A stretch of 36,241 nucleotides of DNA from Leidyana gryllorum EB-2025a (GCA_048772705.1 JBLWGC010000218.1:1-36241), one strand, 5' to 3'; counted from the stretch's first letter, positions 9,036 through 17,756 are shown. Translations and numbers: made by a program. The notes: generated by a model from the sequence alone, not told the origin.

Positions 9036-9107
9036 AGCCTTCTGCCGGAATCGAACCGGCGACTTCTCGCTTACGAAGCGAACGCTCTGCCCCTAAGCTA
9101 AGAAGGC
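9036..9107 (-). tRNA. trnT: tRNA-Thr(CGT)
   Basis: TTCGC-TTCGTAA-GCGAG. Confidence 0.92.
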
Positions 9108-9239
9108 AACTTAGCTGGAGAATCATGTGGCAGTTGTATCGACAAAACTTAGCCGGGTGCCACGTGCACGGCGGGCTGTCCCGCGCGCATCGTGGGGGCA
9201 TGCTGGGATGAAGTCGCAGGTTGTCCTGACTACAACGCC

Positions 9240-9319
9240 TGACAAGAGTGGGATTCGAACCCACGCCCTTTCGGACTGCGGCCTGAACACAGCGCCTTGG
9301 ACCACTCGGCCATCTTGCC
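9240..9319 (-). tRNA. trnL: tRNA-Leu(CAG)
   Basis: Full cloverleaf, variable arm. Confidence 0.93.
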
Positions 9320-9413
9320 GAAATGTTGTTGGCTCGCCGCCCCACGCGTTTTCTATCCGTGGAATCTCAAAATGGAAGAACTTCTGGGGTTGGAGGCCGG
9401 CGTATCCAGAGCG

Positions 9414-9468
9414 TCCGAGATAGTATAGCTATCACGCGGAAGATCAGGGTCGATTCCCGGTCTCGGAG
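9414..9468 (+). pseudogene. tRNA-Asp with internal deletion
   Basis: TCCGAGATAGTATAG...TCTCGGAG. Confidence 0.75.
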
Positions 9469-9521
9469 CACAGTTCGTTTTTCCGCTTCAGATTTCGTGG
9501 TGCTCAGATAAAGTTGCGAGC

Positions 9522-9594
9522 TACAGCCACCGAGGATCGAACTCGGGACCTTCTGCGTGTGAAGCAGACGTCGTAACCACTGGACCATGGCTGC
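9522..9594 (-). tRNA. trnV: tRNA-Val(CAC)
   Basis: Full cloverleaf. Confidence 0.92.
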
Positions 9595-9714
9595 GCGGAG
9601 CTTTCGGACTGTGAAAGGGGCGTGTGTCTCTGGAAACAGGTATCTGATGAGGGGCGAAAACCACGGAATGCTATGAGGTCTGCACAGCGGGCGACTAGCT
9701 CAACGAGATATTAT

Positions 9715-9785
9715 GCATCTGTGGTCTAGTGGTAGAATGTCTCGTTGCCATCGAGACGACCCGGGTTCGATTCCCGGCAGATGCA
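9715..9785 (+). tRNA. trnG: tRNA-Gly(GCC)
   Basis: TCTCG-TTGCCAT-CGAGA. Confidence 0.94.
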
Positions 9786-9861
9786 GAAGACACAGTTGGT
9801 TTTCCCACCATTCCAGGGATTCACGCTTGAGTTGGTGTCTGACCCCTCCGATCACATCGCA

Positions 9862-9944
9862 CGACAACTGCTGGATCTGCACCAGCCCGGCCCAGGCCCT
9901 GTAGAGATCAAATCTTCTCCCCTTCCCCACTCGGGCAAGTTGGC
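9862..9944 (-). pseudogene. Decayed tRNA-Ser
   Basis: Ser(AGA/TGA) body with scrambled anticodon arm. Confidence 0.7.
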
Positions 9945-10041
9945 AACTGTCGAACTTAGTAACAGATTCCATCCGTATTCGTCGTAGAATGCTGGGGCTT
10001 CTTCGGGTCGAGGGCAACTCTGTATCGCAGATCCACTCCCT

Positions 10042-10115
10042 TGGTCACGTCCGGGCTCGAACCGGGGACCTTGAGCTTATCAGGCTCACGCTCTAACCGA
10101 CTGAGCTACGCGACC
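10042..10115 (-). tRNA. trnI: tRNA-Ile(GAT)
   Basis: TGAGC-CT-GAT-AA-GCTCA; C49:A65 mismatch; otherwise as Ile(AAT) at 20944. Confidence 0.82.
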
Positions 10116-10234
10116 GCCTCCGACGACAGATGGCACCGATTCACTTACTTGATGCCTCTGCGTCGCCACTGCAATCCTTAGCATGTACTGCTGGTGTTTT
10201 GAGCCCAGCCGCCTACTCCGATGATCGCAGCACA

Positions 10235-10316
10235 CGACAACTGCTGGACTTGAACCAGCGCGGGCCAGGCCCAGTAGATTTCTAGTCTACCCCCTTAACC
10301 ACTCGGGCAAGTTGCC
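10235..10316 (-). tRNA. trnS: tRNA-Ser(AGA)
   Basis: GTAGA-CTAGAAA-TCTAC, variable arm. Confidence 0.92.
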
Positions 10317-10619
10317 GCTGTCGAACTTGGCATTTTGCGGCCAGTGGCTTCACATACGATTCAGCGAGCTTTCCTAAGACTGCTCGCGCCGCCCGAACCC
10401 GCCGTTCTCCCTTCAAAAGTCTTGCGCTTACCGACGGAGTTGGGGCGGCGAGGATGCTCGCCCCGTACCCGAGGAAGGCACAGGATTCCACGATCAATAC
10501 AAATGGAATTGGTTACTAAGTCCGAATTTGTATCAGAGATCCACTCACTTGATCACGCCGACATACCATCTTTTCCAAGACGGTACGGCTCTCGGCCGAA
10601 GCCCCAACTCAACCACTCG

Positions 10620-10691
10620 TCCGCTGTAGTCTAAGTGGCTAGGTTATGCGGCTCTCACCCGTACATCCGGGTTCAAGACCCGGCAGTGGAA
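10620..10691 (+). pseudogene. Degenerate tRNA-Glu(CTC)
   Basis: Glu body, several changes. Confidence 0.75.
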
Positions 10692-10759
10692 GCTACTCGA
10701 GCAAAGTGCCTCAGTAATCCCCGTCAATAGTGACTGATTTTTGATCTTCGGCCTGGATT

Positions 10760-10831
10760 GCCTTCTTAGCTTAGGGGCAGAGCATTCGCTTAGTAAGCGA
10801 AAGGTCGCCGGTTCGATTCCGGCAGAAGGCT
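10760..10831 (+). tRNA. trnT: tRNA-Thr(AGT)
   Basis: Full cloverleaf. Confidence 0.93.
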
Positions 10832-10923
10832 CGACTGCATCGACTAGGCACCTGCAAGCGGTAAGTCCCTTAGCCACGAAGCCGCAGGTTTGGAACCTGC
10901 CAGTACCTGAGGCACCCACAGGG

Positions 10924-10995
10924 GGCCGTTTGGTCTAGTGGTATGATTCTTCCTTCGGGTGGAAGAAGTCCTGGGTTCGACTCCCAGAACAGCCC
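10924..10995 (+). tRNA. trnP: tRNA-Pro(CGG)
   Basis: Cloverleaf, one acceptor mismatch. Confidence 0.85.
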
Positions 10996-11108
10996 GTCTG
11001 ATAGTTGTTGACGCAACAAGGCACTCGCCCCATCCCGAGACAATGTCCCTGACAGCTAAGACAGGATCTGAGTTGTTGACTAACAGGCTACAACCCGACC
11101 ATTCACCC

Positions 11109-11181
11109 AGACGCTACTGGAACTCGAACCCAGAACCCCCGGTTCCGTAGACCGATGCCATATCCATTAGGCCATAGCGCC
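11109..11181 (-). tRNA. trnR: tRNA-Arg(ACG)
   Basis: CT-ACG-GA loop. Confidence 0.85.
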
Positions 11182-11451
11182 GACTAGCGGAGCCGTCAAA
11201 TGGGAGTGTGTAGCGATCAAGACAGGACATGGGCAGCTACGCCCGATGGTGGGTGTGGGCAGACTTCACCCACATCTCCCATTCGAGACATCGGGGACAT
11301 ACTATCCAAGCCAGGATTCGGGCCTGGGTATGCACGGCCACAACTTGCTGTTGTGAGCACCTAGACGACCCGCACAATCTTCAAGTGAGGCTGGTGGGTA
11401 CCAAAGCCACTTAAGATGTCGGGCTATCGGGTTTTTTGTCCTTGCATTCCT

Positions 11452-11524
11452 GCCGCCCTAGCTCAGTCGGTAGAGCGCAAGACTTTTAATCTTGCAGTCG
11501 CGGGTTCGAGCCCCGCGGGCGGTG
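11452..11524 (+). tRNA. trnK: tRNA-Lys(TTT)
   Basis: Full cloverleaf. Confidence 0.93.
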
Positions 11525-11584
11525 CAAATCAATGTCTCTGGGAGTAGGAATGGAACCGTTGCCTACAAGCACACTCTGCTGGAT

Positions 11585-11657
11585 TTCCACTGCCGGGACT
11601 TGAACCCGGATCGTGCGGGTGAGAGCCGCATATCCGAGCCATTTAGACTACAGTGGA
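11585..11657 (-). tRNA. trnE: tRNA-Glu(CTC), D-loop changes
   Basis: Glu body. Confidence 0.78.
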
Positions 11658-11874
11658 CGAGACACAACAGTTGCACTGACGAATGAGGCGCCAGATAACT
11701 GTGAGTCGGTCTCAGATGGAAAGTTCACCTAGGTTTGGCGGGCGGGCGGCTATCTCAAGTGGTAGAGCGGTGACTTTGCACGCGAGAGATCAGTTAGACA
11801 TCTGTCAATGCCGCAGGGCAGGCTGAACATGGGGGCATTTGGTCACTCCTCGCGGCATGTCGAATTCGACAGTT

Positions 11875-11956
11875 GGCAACTTGCCCGAGTGGTTAAGGGG
11901 GTAGACTTGAAGTCTACTGGGCCTGGCCCGCGCTGGTTCAAATCCAGCAGTTGTCG
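11875..11956 (+). tRNA. trnS: tRNA-Ser(TGA)
   Basis: GTAGA-CTTGAAG-TCTAC. Confidence 0.88.
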
Positions 11957-12038
11957 TGCGATCTGATTGGAGGGGCAGACAACAACTCACTCCTGAAACC
12001 CCAGAATTGTGCCTCAATCAACCATCTGCCATCTTCTC

Positions 12039-12109
12039 TGCATCTGCCGGGAATCGAACCTGGGTCGTCTCGGTGGCAACGAAACATTCTACCACTAGAC
12101 CACAGATGC
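12039..12109 (-). tRNA. trnG: tRNA-Gly(GCC)
   Basis: Cloverleaf, minor mismatches. Confidence 0.83.
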
Positions 12110-12204
12110 ATGACTCGTTGTTGTTCAAGCTCGTGCACAATAACGGCCGTTTTGCTTCAAATGAGAAGACAGAATCGAGTTGAGCGAGTATGACGGGCAG
12201 TTCT

Positions 12205-12276
12205 GGGTACGTAGCTCAGTGGTAGAGCAGCTGACTGCAGATCAGCAAGTCCGTGGTTCAACTCCGCGCGTGCCCT
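12205..12276 (+). tRNA. trnC: tRNA-Cys(GCA)
   Basis: Full cloverleaf, U73. Confidence 0.93.
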
Positions 12277-12357
12277 GAAGATGGTTTGGAACGATCGGAG
12301 ATGTTGGACCTCCATTCCTGACCACAAGGCAATTAGTTTGGAACGGGAGATGGTTTC

Positions 12358-12429
12358 GGGCCTATGGCGCAACGGTAGCGCGTCTGACTCCAGATCAGAA
12401 GGTTGGGTGTTCGAATCACTCTGGGCTCA
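12358..12429 (+). tRNA. trnW: tRNA-Trp(CCA)
   Basis: TCTGA-CTCCAGA-TCAGA. Confidence 0.93.
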
Positions 12430-12609
12430 ATCAGACTTTATGTTCTTCTCGTATGGGGCGCAACCAAGAATGGGATTCGGACGCACGCCCAGTCGGCGCT
12501 GCGCCGTCACATACGTCCCTGCGAGTGCTACAGCTGTCCGCCCGTGTCTAATTGGCACTGGAGTTCAACGGCGTAGAATTCTAGTGAGTCAGCCATGTGC
12601 TATGTCCTC

Positions 12610-12680
12610 TGCATCTGCCGGGAATCGAAAACGGGTCGTCTCGATGGCAACGAGACATTCTACCAATAGACCACAGATGC
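12610..12680 (-). pseudogene. tRNA-Gly(GCC), T-stem broken
   Basis: CCGTT-TTCGATT. Confidence 0.78.
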
Positions 12681-13055
12681 AGATCACGATCTTGCTGCAT
12701 CTTGTAGGTGGTGACAACCGTTGTTAGAGAGCCTATCGATGCATCAAAGCCTTCTGTCGGAATCGAGCCGCCGACTTCTCGCTCACGAAGCAAACGCTCT
12801 GCCCCTCAATTAAGACGGCAATCCAAGCAGGAAATTACGCATCTATTCTCATTGAGGGAGCTTACTGAAGGACTGTGATCGGATAGTCCGAGGACTTCCA
12901 CTGCCGGGACTTGAACCCGGACCGTGCGAGGAGAGCCGCATATCCTAGCCGGTCGCAGCCATACCCTCAGGTGATCGAGACAGCGCCTGCCTTATTAGCT
13001 TAGGGGCCGAACGCTCGACGGGCGCGAATAGTGACACCAGATGTCACAATCTCTC

Positions 13056-13128
13056 TGCCTCGGCCGTGGATCGAACACGGGACTTCCAGATCTTCAGTCT
13101 GGCGCTCTCCCAACTGAGCTACCGAGGC
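13056..13128 (-). tRNA. trnF: tRNA-Phe(GAA)
   Basis: CCAGA-CTGAAGA-TCTGG, G20. Confidence 0.94.
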
Positions 13129-13502
13129 ACTAAAAAGTCTTGAAACGCGGTGAAAATAAGCACTCGCCGCAGCCGCATCTGGGGCCACTCCTCGCGGCAT
13201 CCCGAGTTCGACAGTTGCCAACTTGCCCGAGTGGGAGGGGTGGTGGATTTGAATTCTATTGGGCCTGGTCCGCGCGGGTGCATGCTTTGGGCGAGAGCCG
13301 TACCATCCTGAAAAGCAGTGGGATGTCAGGTCAACACCAAAATTAGCTTTTCTGGGAATCGGATCCATTTCTCTTTCCATTCTGACAGGGATACCACCGC
13401 TAGACCAAATAGCCGAATACTTGGATGCATGCAACCGGATATACAGATAGAGATTCGAATCTACCGTAGCTTTTCCAGCCTATTCTCGAGGATGATCACC
13501 GT

Positions 13503-13586
13503 TGCACAGAATGGCATTCGAACCCATGCAGACTTGCGCCTACCAGAACTTGAGTCTGGCCCCTTAGACCACTCGGGCATCTGTGC
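13503..13586 (-). tRNA. trnL: tRNA-Leu(CAA), G53:G61 mismatch
   Basis: Intronless, variable arm AGGC-GCAA-GTCT. Confidence 0.8.
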
Positions 13587-13681
13587 GTTACTTTCTTTCT
13601 GAGTTCCTGAGTGTTAATGGCTTCCGTTGCGACGTCGATGTCGTTCTGGGTGCAGTGTACCGCCCCGGAGTACTCTTACGC

Positions 13682-13760
13682 CCCGAGTTGCTTAGATGGC
13701 AACGCACGTGATTGTAGTGGTGGCATCAAATATTCGACGACCAAATTCCGTCCCGCCGGG
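13682..13760 (+). pseudogene. Divergent tRNA-Tyr paralog
   Basis: TT-GTA-G-TGGTGGC-A; no B-box. Confidence 0.7.
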
Positions 13761-13860
13761 AGCTGAGGAGTGGACTCCTTACAACGTAGTTCGTCTGACA
13801 CTACTGTTCCATTCCATCCTGATCGATGCTTCGCTACCTGTACAGCCTCGCTCAAAGATT

Positions 13861-13932
13861 GTCCGAGTCGTCTAGTGGTTAGGACAGCACGTTGTGGCCG
13901 TGCAAACCCAGGCTCGATTCCTGGCTCGGACA
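13861..13932 (+). tRNA. trnH: tRNA-His(GTG)
   Basis: Full cloverleaf, T-loop CTCGATT. Confidence 0.9.
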
Positions 13933-14007
13933 AGCAGTCCAAAGTGCATTGCTCTTCGCCCCGGTTGAAAACATTGTTGCAGCCATGGTCAAGTCTGTAC
14001 GATCGGC

Positions 14008-14066
14008 TGCACCTGCCGGGGCTTGGAGCATGGGAAGCTCGCATCCTACTCTTGGACCACAAGTGC
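14008..14066 (-). pseudogene. tRNA-Gly(CCC), T-arm deleted
   Basis: Similar to 2414-2484. Confidence 0.75.
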
Positions 14067-14264
14067 ACTCGAGAGAGAGCTTCAGCACCCCGAGACTCGG
14101 CGGCAGTCTGCGTTGAGCTAGTGGGTGCCTCAGGTACTGGCAGGTTCCAGTCTGCGACTTTGTGGCTAAGAGACTTACCCTCTGGTGGCTGAGCTACGAG
14201 GCTCGGCTAAGATGAGTGGAGCTTGAGAGACTTAAGCTTTGCAGGTGCCCAGTCGATGCAGTCA

Positions 14265-14336
14265 AGCCTTCTGCCGGAATCGAACCAGCGACCTTTCGCT
14301 TACAAAGCGAATGCTCTGCCCCTAAGCTAAGGAGGC
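14265..14336 (-). tRNA. trnT: tRNA-Thr(TGT)
   Basis: TTCGC-TTTGTAA-GCGAA. Confidence 0.83.
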
Positions 14337-14400
14337 ATTCCCTGTCTCGACCCATATGAGTTTTTGATGCTGGGAATTGCATCATTTCCACCACATCGCT

Positions 14401-14482
14401 CGACAACTGCTGGATTTGAACCAGCCCGGGTCAGGCCCAGTAGATTTCTAGTCTACCCCCTTAAACACTCGGGCAAGTTGCC
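14401..14482 (-). tRNA. trnS: tRNA-Ser(AGA), degenerate D-loop
   Basis: Ser body. Confidence 0.75.
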
Positions 14483-14999
14483 ACCTGTCGAACTCGGCAT
14501 TTAGCGGCCAGTGGCTTCACATACGGTTCAGCAAGCTTGACTCGGACTGGTCTGGTCGCGCTGCCCCAACCCGCGGTCTCTCCATTGAAAGTCTTGCACT
14601 TTACCGACGGAGCTGGCGCGGCAAGGAAGTGCGGACTTGGTAACAAATTCCATTCGTATTGATCGTTGAATCTTGGGCCTTCCTCGGGTACAGGGCGAAG
14701 CTGTATCAGAGATGCACTCACTTGGTCACGCCGGGCTCCAACCGCGGACTCAGAACTTATTAGGCTCACGCTCTGGCCGCCTGAAATACGCAACCGCTTC
14801 AGAGTTGAGGTGAACAGTCACTAGTCGAAGGAGCCGACTGATGTGTTCAGCAAAGCCTTATGATTGGTACTGAGCCGGCCACTCTCACCTTCGTCCACCC
14901 CGCCAAGCAGTCATTCCAAAGGCAAATACTGACATCGAGAAGGGGCACTACCAATTTCGCACGGGATTCCCGATGGAATGTGTAGCCCGTTCCACTCTC

Positions 15000-15081
15000 G
15001 GCAAGGTGGCCGAGTGGTTAAGGCGGCGGCCTGCTAAGCCGTTGGGTTTCACCCGCGTGAGTTCGAATCTCACCCTTGTCG
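15000..15081 (+). tRNA. trnS: tRNA-Ser(GCT)
   Basis: Full cloverleaf. Confidence 0.93.
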
Positions 15082-15216
15082 GTTGCATTTGCGCAACTGC
15101 TTCAATCCAACGCCTACGCTGGGCGCTATATACAGGAGCCACTTAAAATATTTCAGAGGTCAGTAGGAAGCGCTAGTACGGATAATTCAACAGACTCTTC
15201 TGGGATGGGCTGAGCC

Positions 15217-15288
15217 GGTTGCGTCGTGTAGTGGTTAGCACTGGAGACTCTGAATCTCCCGACCTGGGTTCGATTCGCGGCGCGACCT
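15217..15288 (+). tRNA. trnQ: tRNA-Gln(CTG), T-stem mismatch
   Basis: Same variant as 1702-1773. Confidence 0.82.
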
Positions 15289-15350
15289 TGGAACTGGTCC
15301 TCACTACTCCCTGGAACTTCGCCATGTCTTGGGCTGCGGGGACCATCCGT

Positions 15351-15422
15351 GCAGCAATGGTCCAGTGGTTACGACGTCTGCTTCGCACGCAGAAGTCCCG
15401 AGTTCGATCCTCGGTGGCTGTA
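15351..15422 (+). pseudogene. tRNA-Val body with CGC (Ala) anticodon
   Basis: TCTGC-TT-CGC-AC-GCAGA. Confidence 0.78.
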
Positions 15423-15477
15423 GCTCGCAACTTTCAGCGAGAACCGAAGCAGAGAATCTCAAGCGAAACCACCTGCA

Positions 15478-15549
15478 TTTCGAGACCGGGAATCGAACCC
15501 GGGTCTTCCGCGTGACAGGCGGAGACACTAACCACTATACTGACTCGGA
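15478..15549 (-). pseudogene. Variant tRNA-Asp(GTC)
   Basis: TCCGAGTC 5' end, acceptor mismatches. Confidence 0.75.
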
Positions 15550-15640
15550 CGCTCCGAACACGCCGGCCTCCAATCCCAGAAGTCTTTCTATTTCGGCTCA
15601 CGGACAAAAAACGCGTAGAGCGACGAACCAACAAGACTGC

Positions 15641-15720
15641 GGCAAGATGGCCGAGTGGTCTAAGGCGCTGTGTTCAGGCCGCTGTCCGAAAGGGCGTGGG
15701 TTCGAATCCAACTCTTGTCA
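15641..15720 (+). tRNA. trnL: tRNA-Leu(CAG), two stem mismatches
   Basis: Leu body. Confidence 0.78.
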
Positions 15721-15780
15721 GCCATGGTATCGGCACTCGGTCAGCCACTGGATGCAATAGGTCTTCCATGTTGTACGGAT

Positions 15781-15853
15781 GAGCGGCTACCTCAGATGGT
15801 GCAGCGCTCGCTTTGCATGCGAGAGGTACTGGGATCGATACCCAGGTCGTCCA
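15781..15853 (+). pseudogene. Degenerate tRNA-Ala(TGC)
   Basis: D-stem broken. Confidence 0.75.
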
Positions 15854-15942
15854 AACTCCATGCAACTTCAGCTGCAGATAAACGGCTGGCGCGTGGTCCA
15901 AAAACGTGAATGTTGTTATTTGAATCTAGTCGAAAAGCCGCC

Positions 15943-16015
15943 GCCTACGTGGCGCAATGGATAGCGCGTTGGACTTCTAATCCAAAGGTTGCGAGTTCGA
16001 GTCTCGCCGTAGGTA
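15943..16015 (+). tRNA. trnR: tRNA-Arg(TCT), intronless
   Basis: TTGGA-CTTCTAA-TCCAA. Confidence 0.93.
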
Positions 16016-16235
16016 GCCAAATGCTCAGCACTTTACTTCGATGATTTGGCTGACTAGCTGCCTTCGCTGTGGAATGTTGTCCACTGTAGTCTGAGTGGCT
16101 AGGATATGCGGCCTCACCCGCAAGCTCCGCGCTCAAGTGCGGCAGTGGAAGTCATGGTTGAAGTCAGTGGAATACTTGAGCAAAGTGCCCAGCAATCTCC
16201 GTCAATAGTGTCTGATTCGTGATTCGGCTTGCATT

Positions 16236-16307
16236 GCCTTCTTAGCTTAGGGGCAGAGCATTCGCTTAGTAAGCGAAAGGTCGCCGGTTCGTTTCCGGCA
16301 GAAGACT
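16236..16307 (+). pseudogene. tRNA-Thr(AGT), A58 lost
   Basis: T-loop TTCGTTT. Confidence 0.78.
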
Positions 16308-16506
16308 TGACTGCATCGACTGGGCACCTGCAAAGCTTAAAGTCTCTCAAGCTCCAATCATCGTAGCTGAGCCTCGTAGCTCAGCCAGCAGAGGGTAAGT
16401 CTCGTAGCCACAAAGTCGCAGACTGGAACCTGCCAGTACCTGAGGCACCCACTAGCTCAACGCAAACTGCGGCCGGGTCTCGGGGTGCTGAAGCTCTTTC
16501 TCAAGT

Positions 16507-16577
16507 GCACTTGTGGTCCAAGGGTAGGATGCGAGCTTCCCATGCTCGCAGCCCGGGTTCGAGTCCCGGCAGGTGCA
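16507..16577 (+). tRNA. trnG: tRNA-Gly(CCC)
   Basis: Full cloverleaf. Confidence 0.92.
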
Positions 16578-16628
16578 GCCGATCGTACAGACTTGACCAT
16601 GGCTGCAACGATATTTTCAACATTCCGG

Positions 16629-16700
16629 GGTCCGAGCCAGGAATCGAGCCTGGGTTTGCACGGCCACAACGTGCTGTCCTAACCACTAGACGACTCGGAC
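16629..16700 (-). tRNA. trnH: tRNA-His(GTG)
   Basis: Full cloverleaf; C73. Confidence 0.88.
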
Positions 16701-16850
16701 AATCTTTGAGCGAGGCTGTAGAGGTGGCGAAGCATCGATCAGGATGGAATGGAACAGGAGTGTCAGACGAACTACGTTGTAAGAAGTCCACTCCTCAACT
16801 CCCGGCGGGACGGAATTTCTGGAAAGGTGGAAAAACAACCATGTGTCCTC

Positions 16851-16921
16851 TGCATCTGCCGGGAATCGAACCCGGGTCGTCTCGATAGCAACGAGACATT
16901 CTACCACTAGACCACAGATGC
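16851..16921 (-). tRNA. tRNA-Gly body with GCT (Ser) anticodon
   Basis: Identical to 9715-9785 except C36 changed to T. Confidence 0.87.
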
Positions 16922-17017
16922 ATGACTAGTTGTTGTTCAAGCTCGTGCACAATAACGGCCGTTTTGCTTCAAACGAGAAGACAGAATCTAGCTGAGCGAG
17001 TGTGACGGGTGTTTTGT

Positions 17018-17088
17018 GGGTACGTCAGTGGTCCAAGGCGCTGTGTTAAGGCCGCAGTCCGAAAGGGCGTAGAATCCCACTCTTGTCA
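17018..17088 (+). pseudogene. Chimeric tRNA-Cys(5')/tRNA-Leu(AAG)(3')
   Basis: GGGTACGT..CAGTGGT joined to CCAAGGCGCTGTGTTAAG...CTCTTGTCA. Confidence 0.8.
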
Positions 17089-17145
17089 GCGTTTTATCGG
17101 CCCTCGGTCAGCCACTGGATGCAATAGTCTTCATGTAGAGCGCAT

Positions 17146-17218
17146 GGGCGGCTAGCTCAAATGGTAGAGCGCTCGCTTAGCATGCGAGAGGTACTGGGAT
17201 CGATGCCCAGGTCGTCCA
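17146..17218 (+). tRNA. trnA: tRNA-Ala(AGC)
   Basis: Full cloverleaf. Confidence 0.93.
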
Positions 17219-17495
17219 AACTTCGTACGGCTGCACCTGCCGCTATTTATTTCCCGAGTTGAAGATGTGTGCCCTGTAACGATTGGACAGACCTGGGCAC
17301 CGCAGTATGTGTGAAGGTTGCCTCAGAGCCCGGATTTCCGAGTTTGTATGTTACAATGACACACTCTGCCGACTAAGATACAAGAGTCAGTTACATTATT
17401 TCAAAGGTCAGTAGAGAGATGTGTGTTGCATGTGCCCAGTTGAGGAGGGCTAGTCCGGATGGCTCTATCAACTCTTTTTTGGGAAGGACTGGATC

Positions 17496-17567
17496 GGTTA
17501 CTTGGTGTAGTGGTTAGCACTGGAGACTCTAAATCTCGCGACCTAGCTTCGATTCCCGGGGCGACCT
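17496..17567 (+). pseudogene. tRNA-Gln body with CTA (amber) anticodon, degenerate
   Basis: GGAGA-CT-CTA-AA-TCTCG; T-stem and acceptor damaged. Confidence 0.78.
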
Positions 17568-17630
17568 CGAGGCTGGTCTCCACTTATCCGTGAAACCTCG
17601 CCACTTCTCTTGGTCTGCGGGACCTTCGCT

Positions 17631-17703
17631 GCAGCCATGGTCTAGTGGTCACGACGTCTGCTTAACACGCAGAAGGTCCCGAGTTCGATCCTCGGTGGCT
17701 GTA
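17631..17703 (+). tRNA. trnV: tRNA-Val(AAC)
   Basis: Full cloverleaf. Confidence 0.93.
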
Positions 17704-17756
17704 ACTCGCGTTTGTCAGGTGAGCACCACGAAATCTAAAGCGGAAGAACGAAGTGT

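Larger units (their letters stand above)
11820..14280 (+). repeat. Near-identical direct segmental duplication, copy 1 (copy 2 at 29836-32296)
   Basis: Constant 18016-bp offset between identical shadow ORFs; about 20 differences by eye. Confidence 0.93.

Noticed and set aside
11875-11956. Possible tRNA-Sec or opal suppressor
   Set aside because: The anticodon is TGA (reads Ser UCA), not TCA; ordinary Ser body.
12951-13050. 5S-like start GCAGCCATACC
   Set aside because: Similarity ends after about 11 nt; the following sequence looks like a Thr 5' remnant (GCCTTATTAGCTTAGGGGC).
15121-15160. TATATA/TTAAAATATTT as a TATA promoter
   Set aside because: It lies about 60-90 nt upstream of Gln, not at about -30, is altered in the copy at about 1865, and is absent before other genes.
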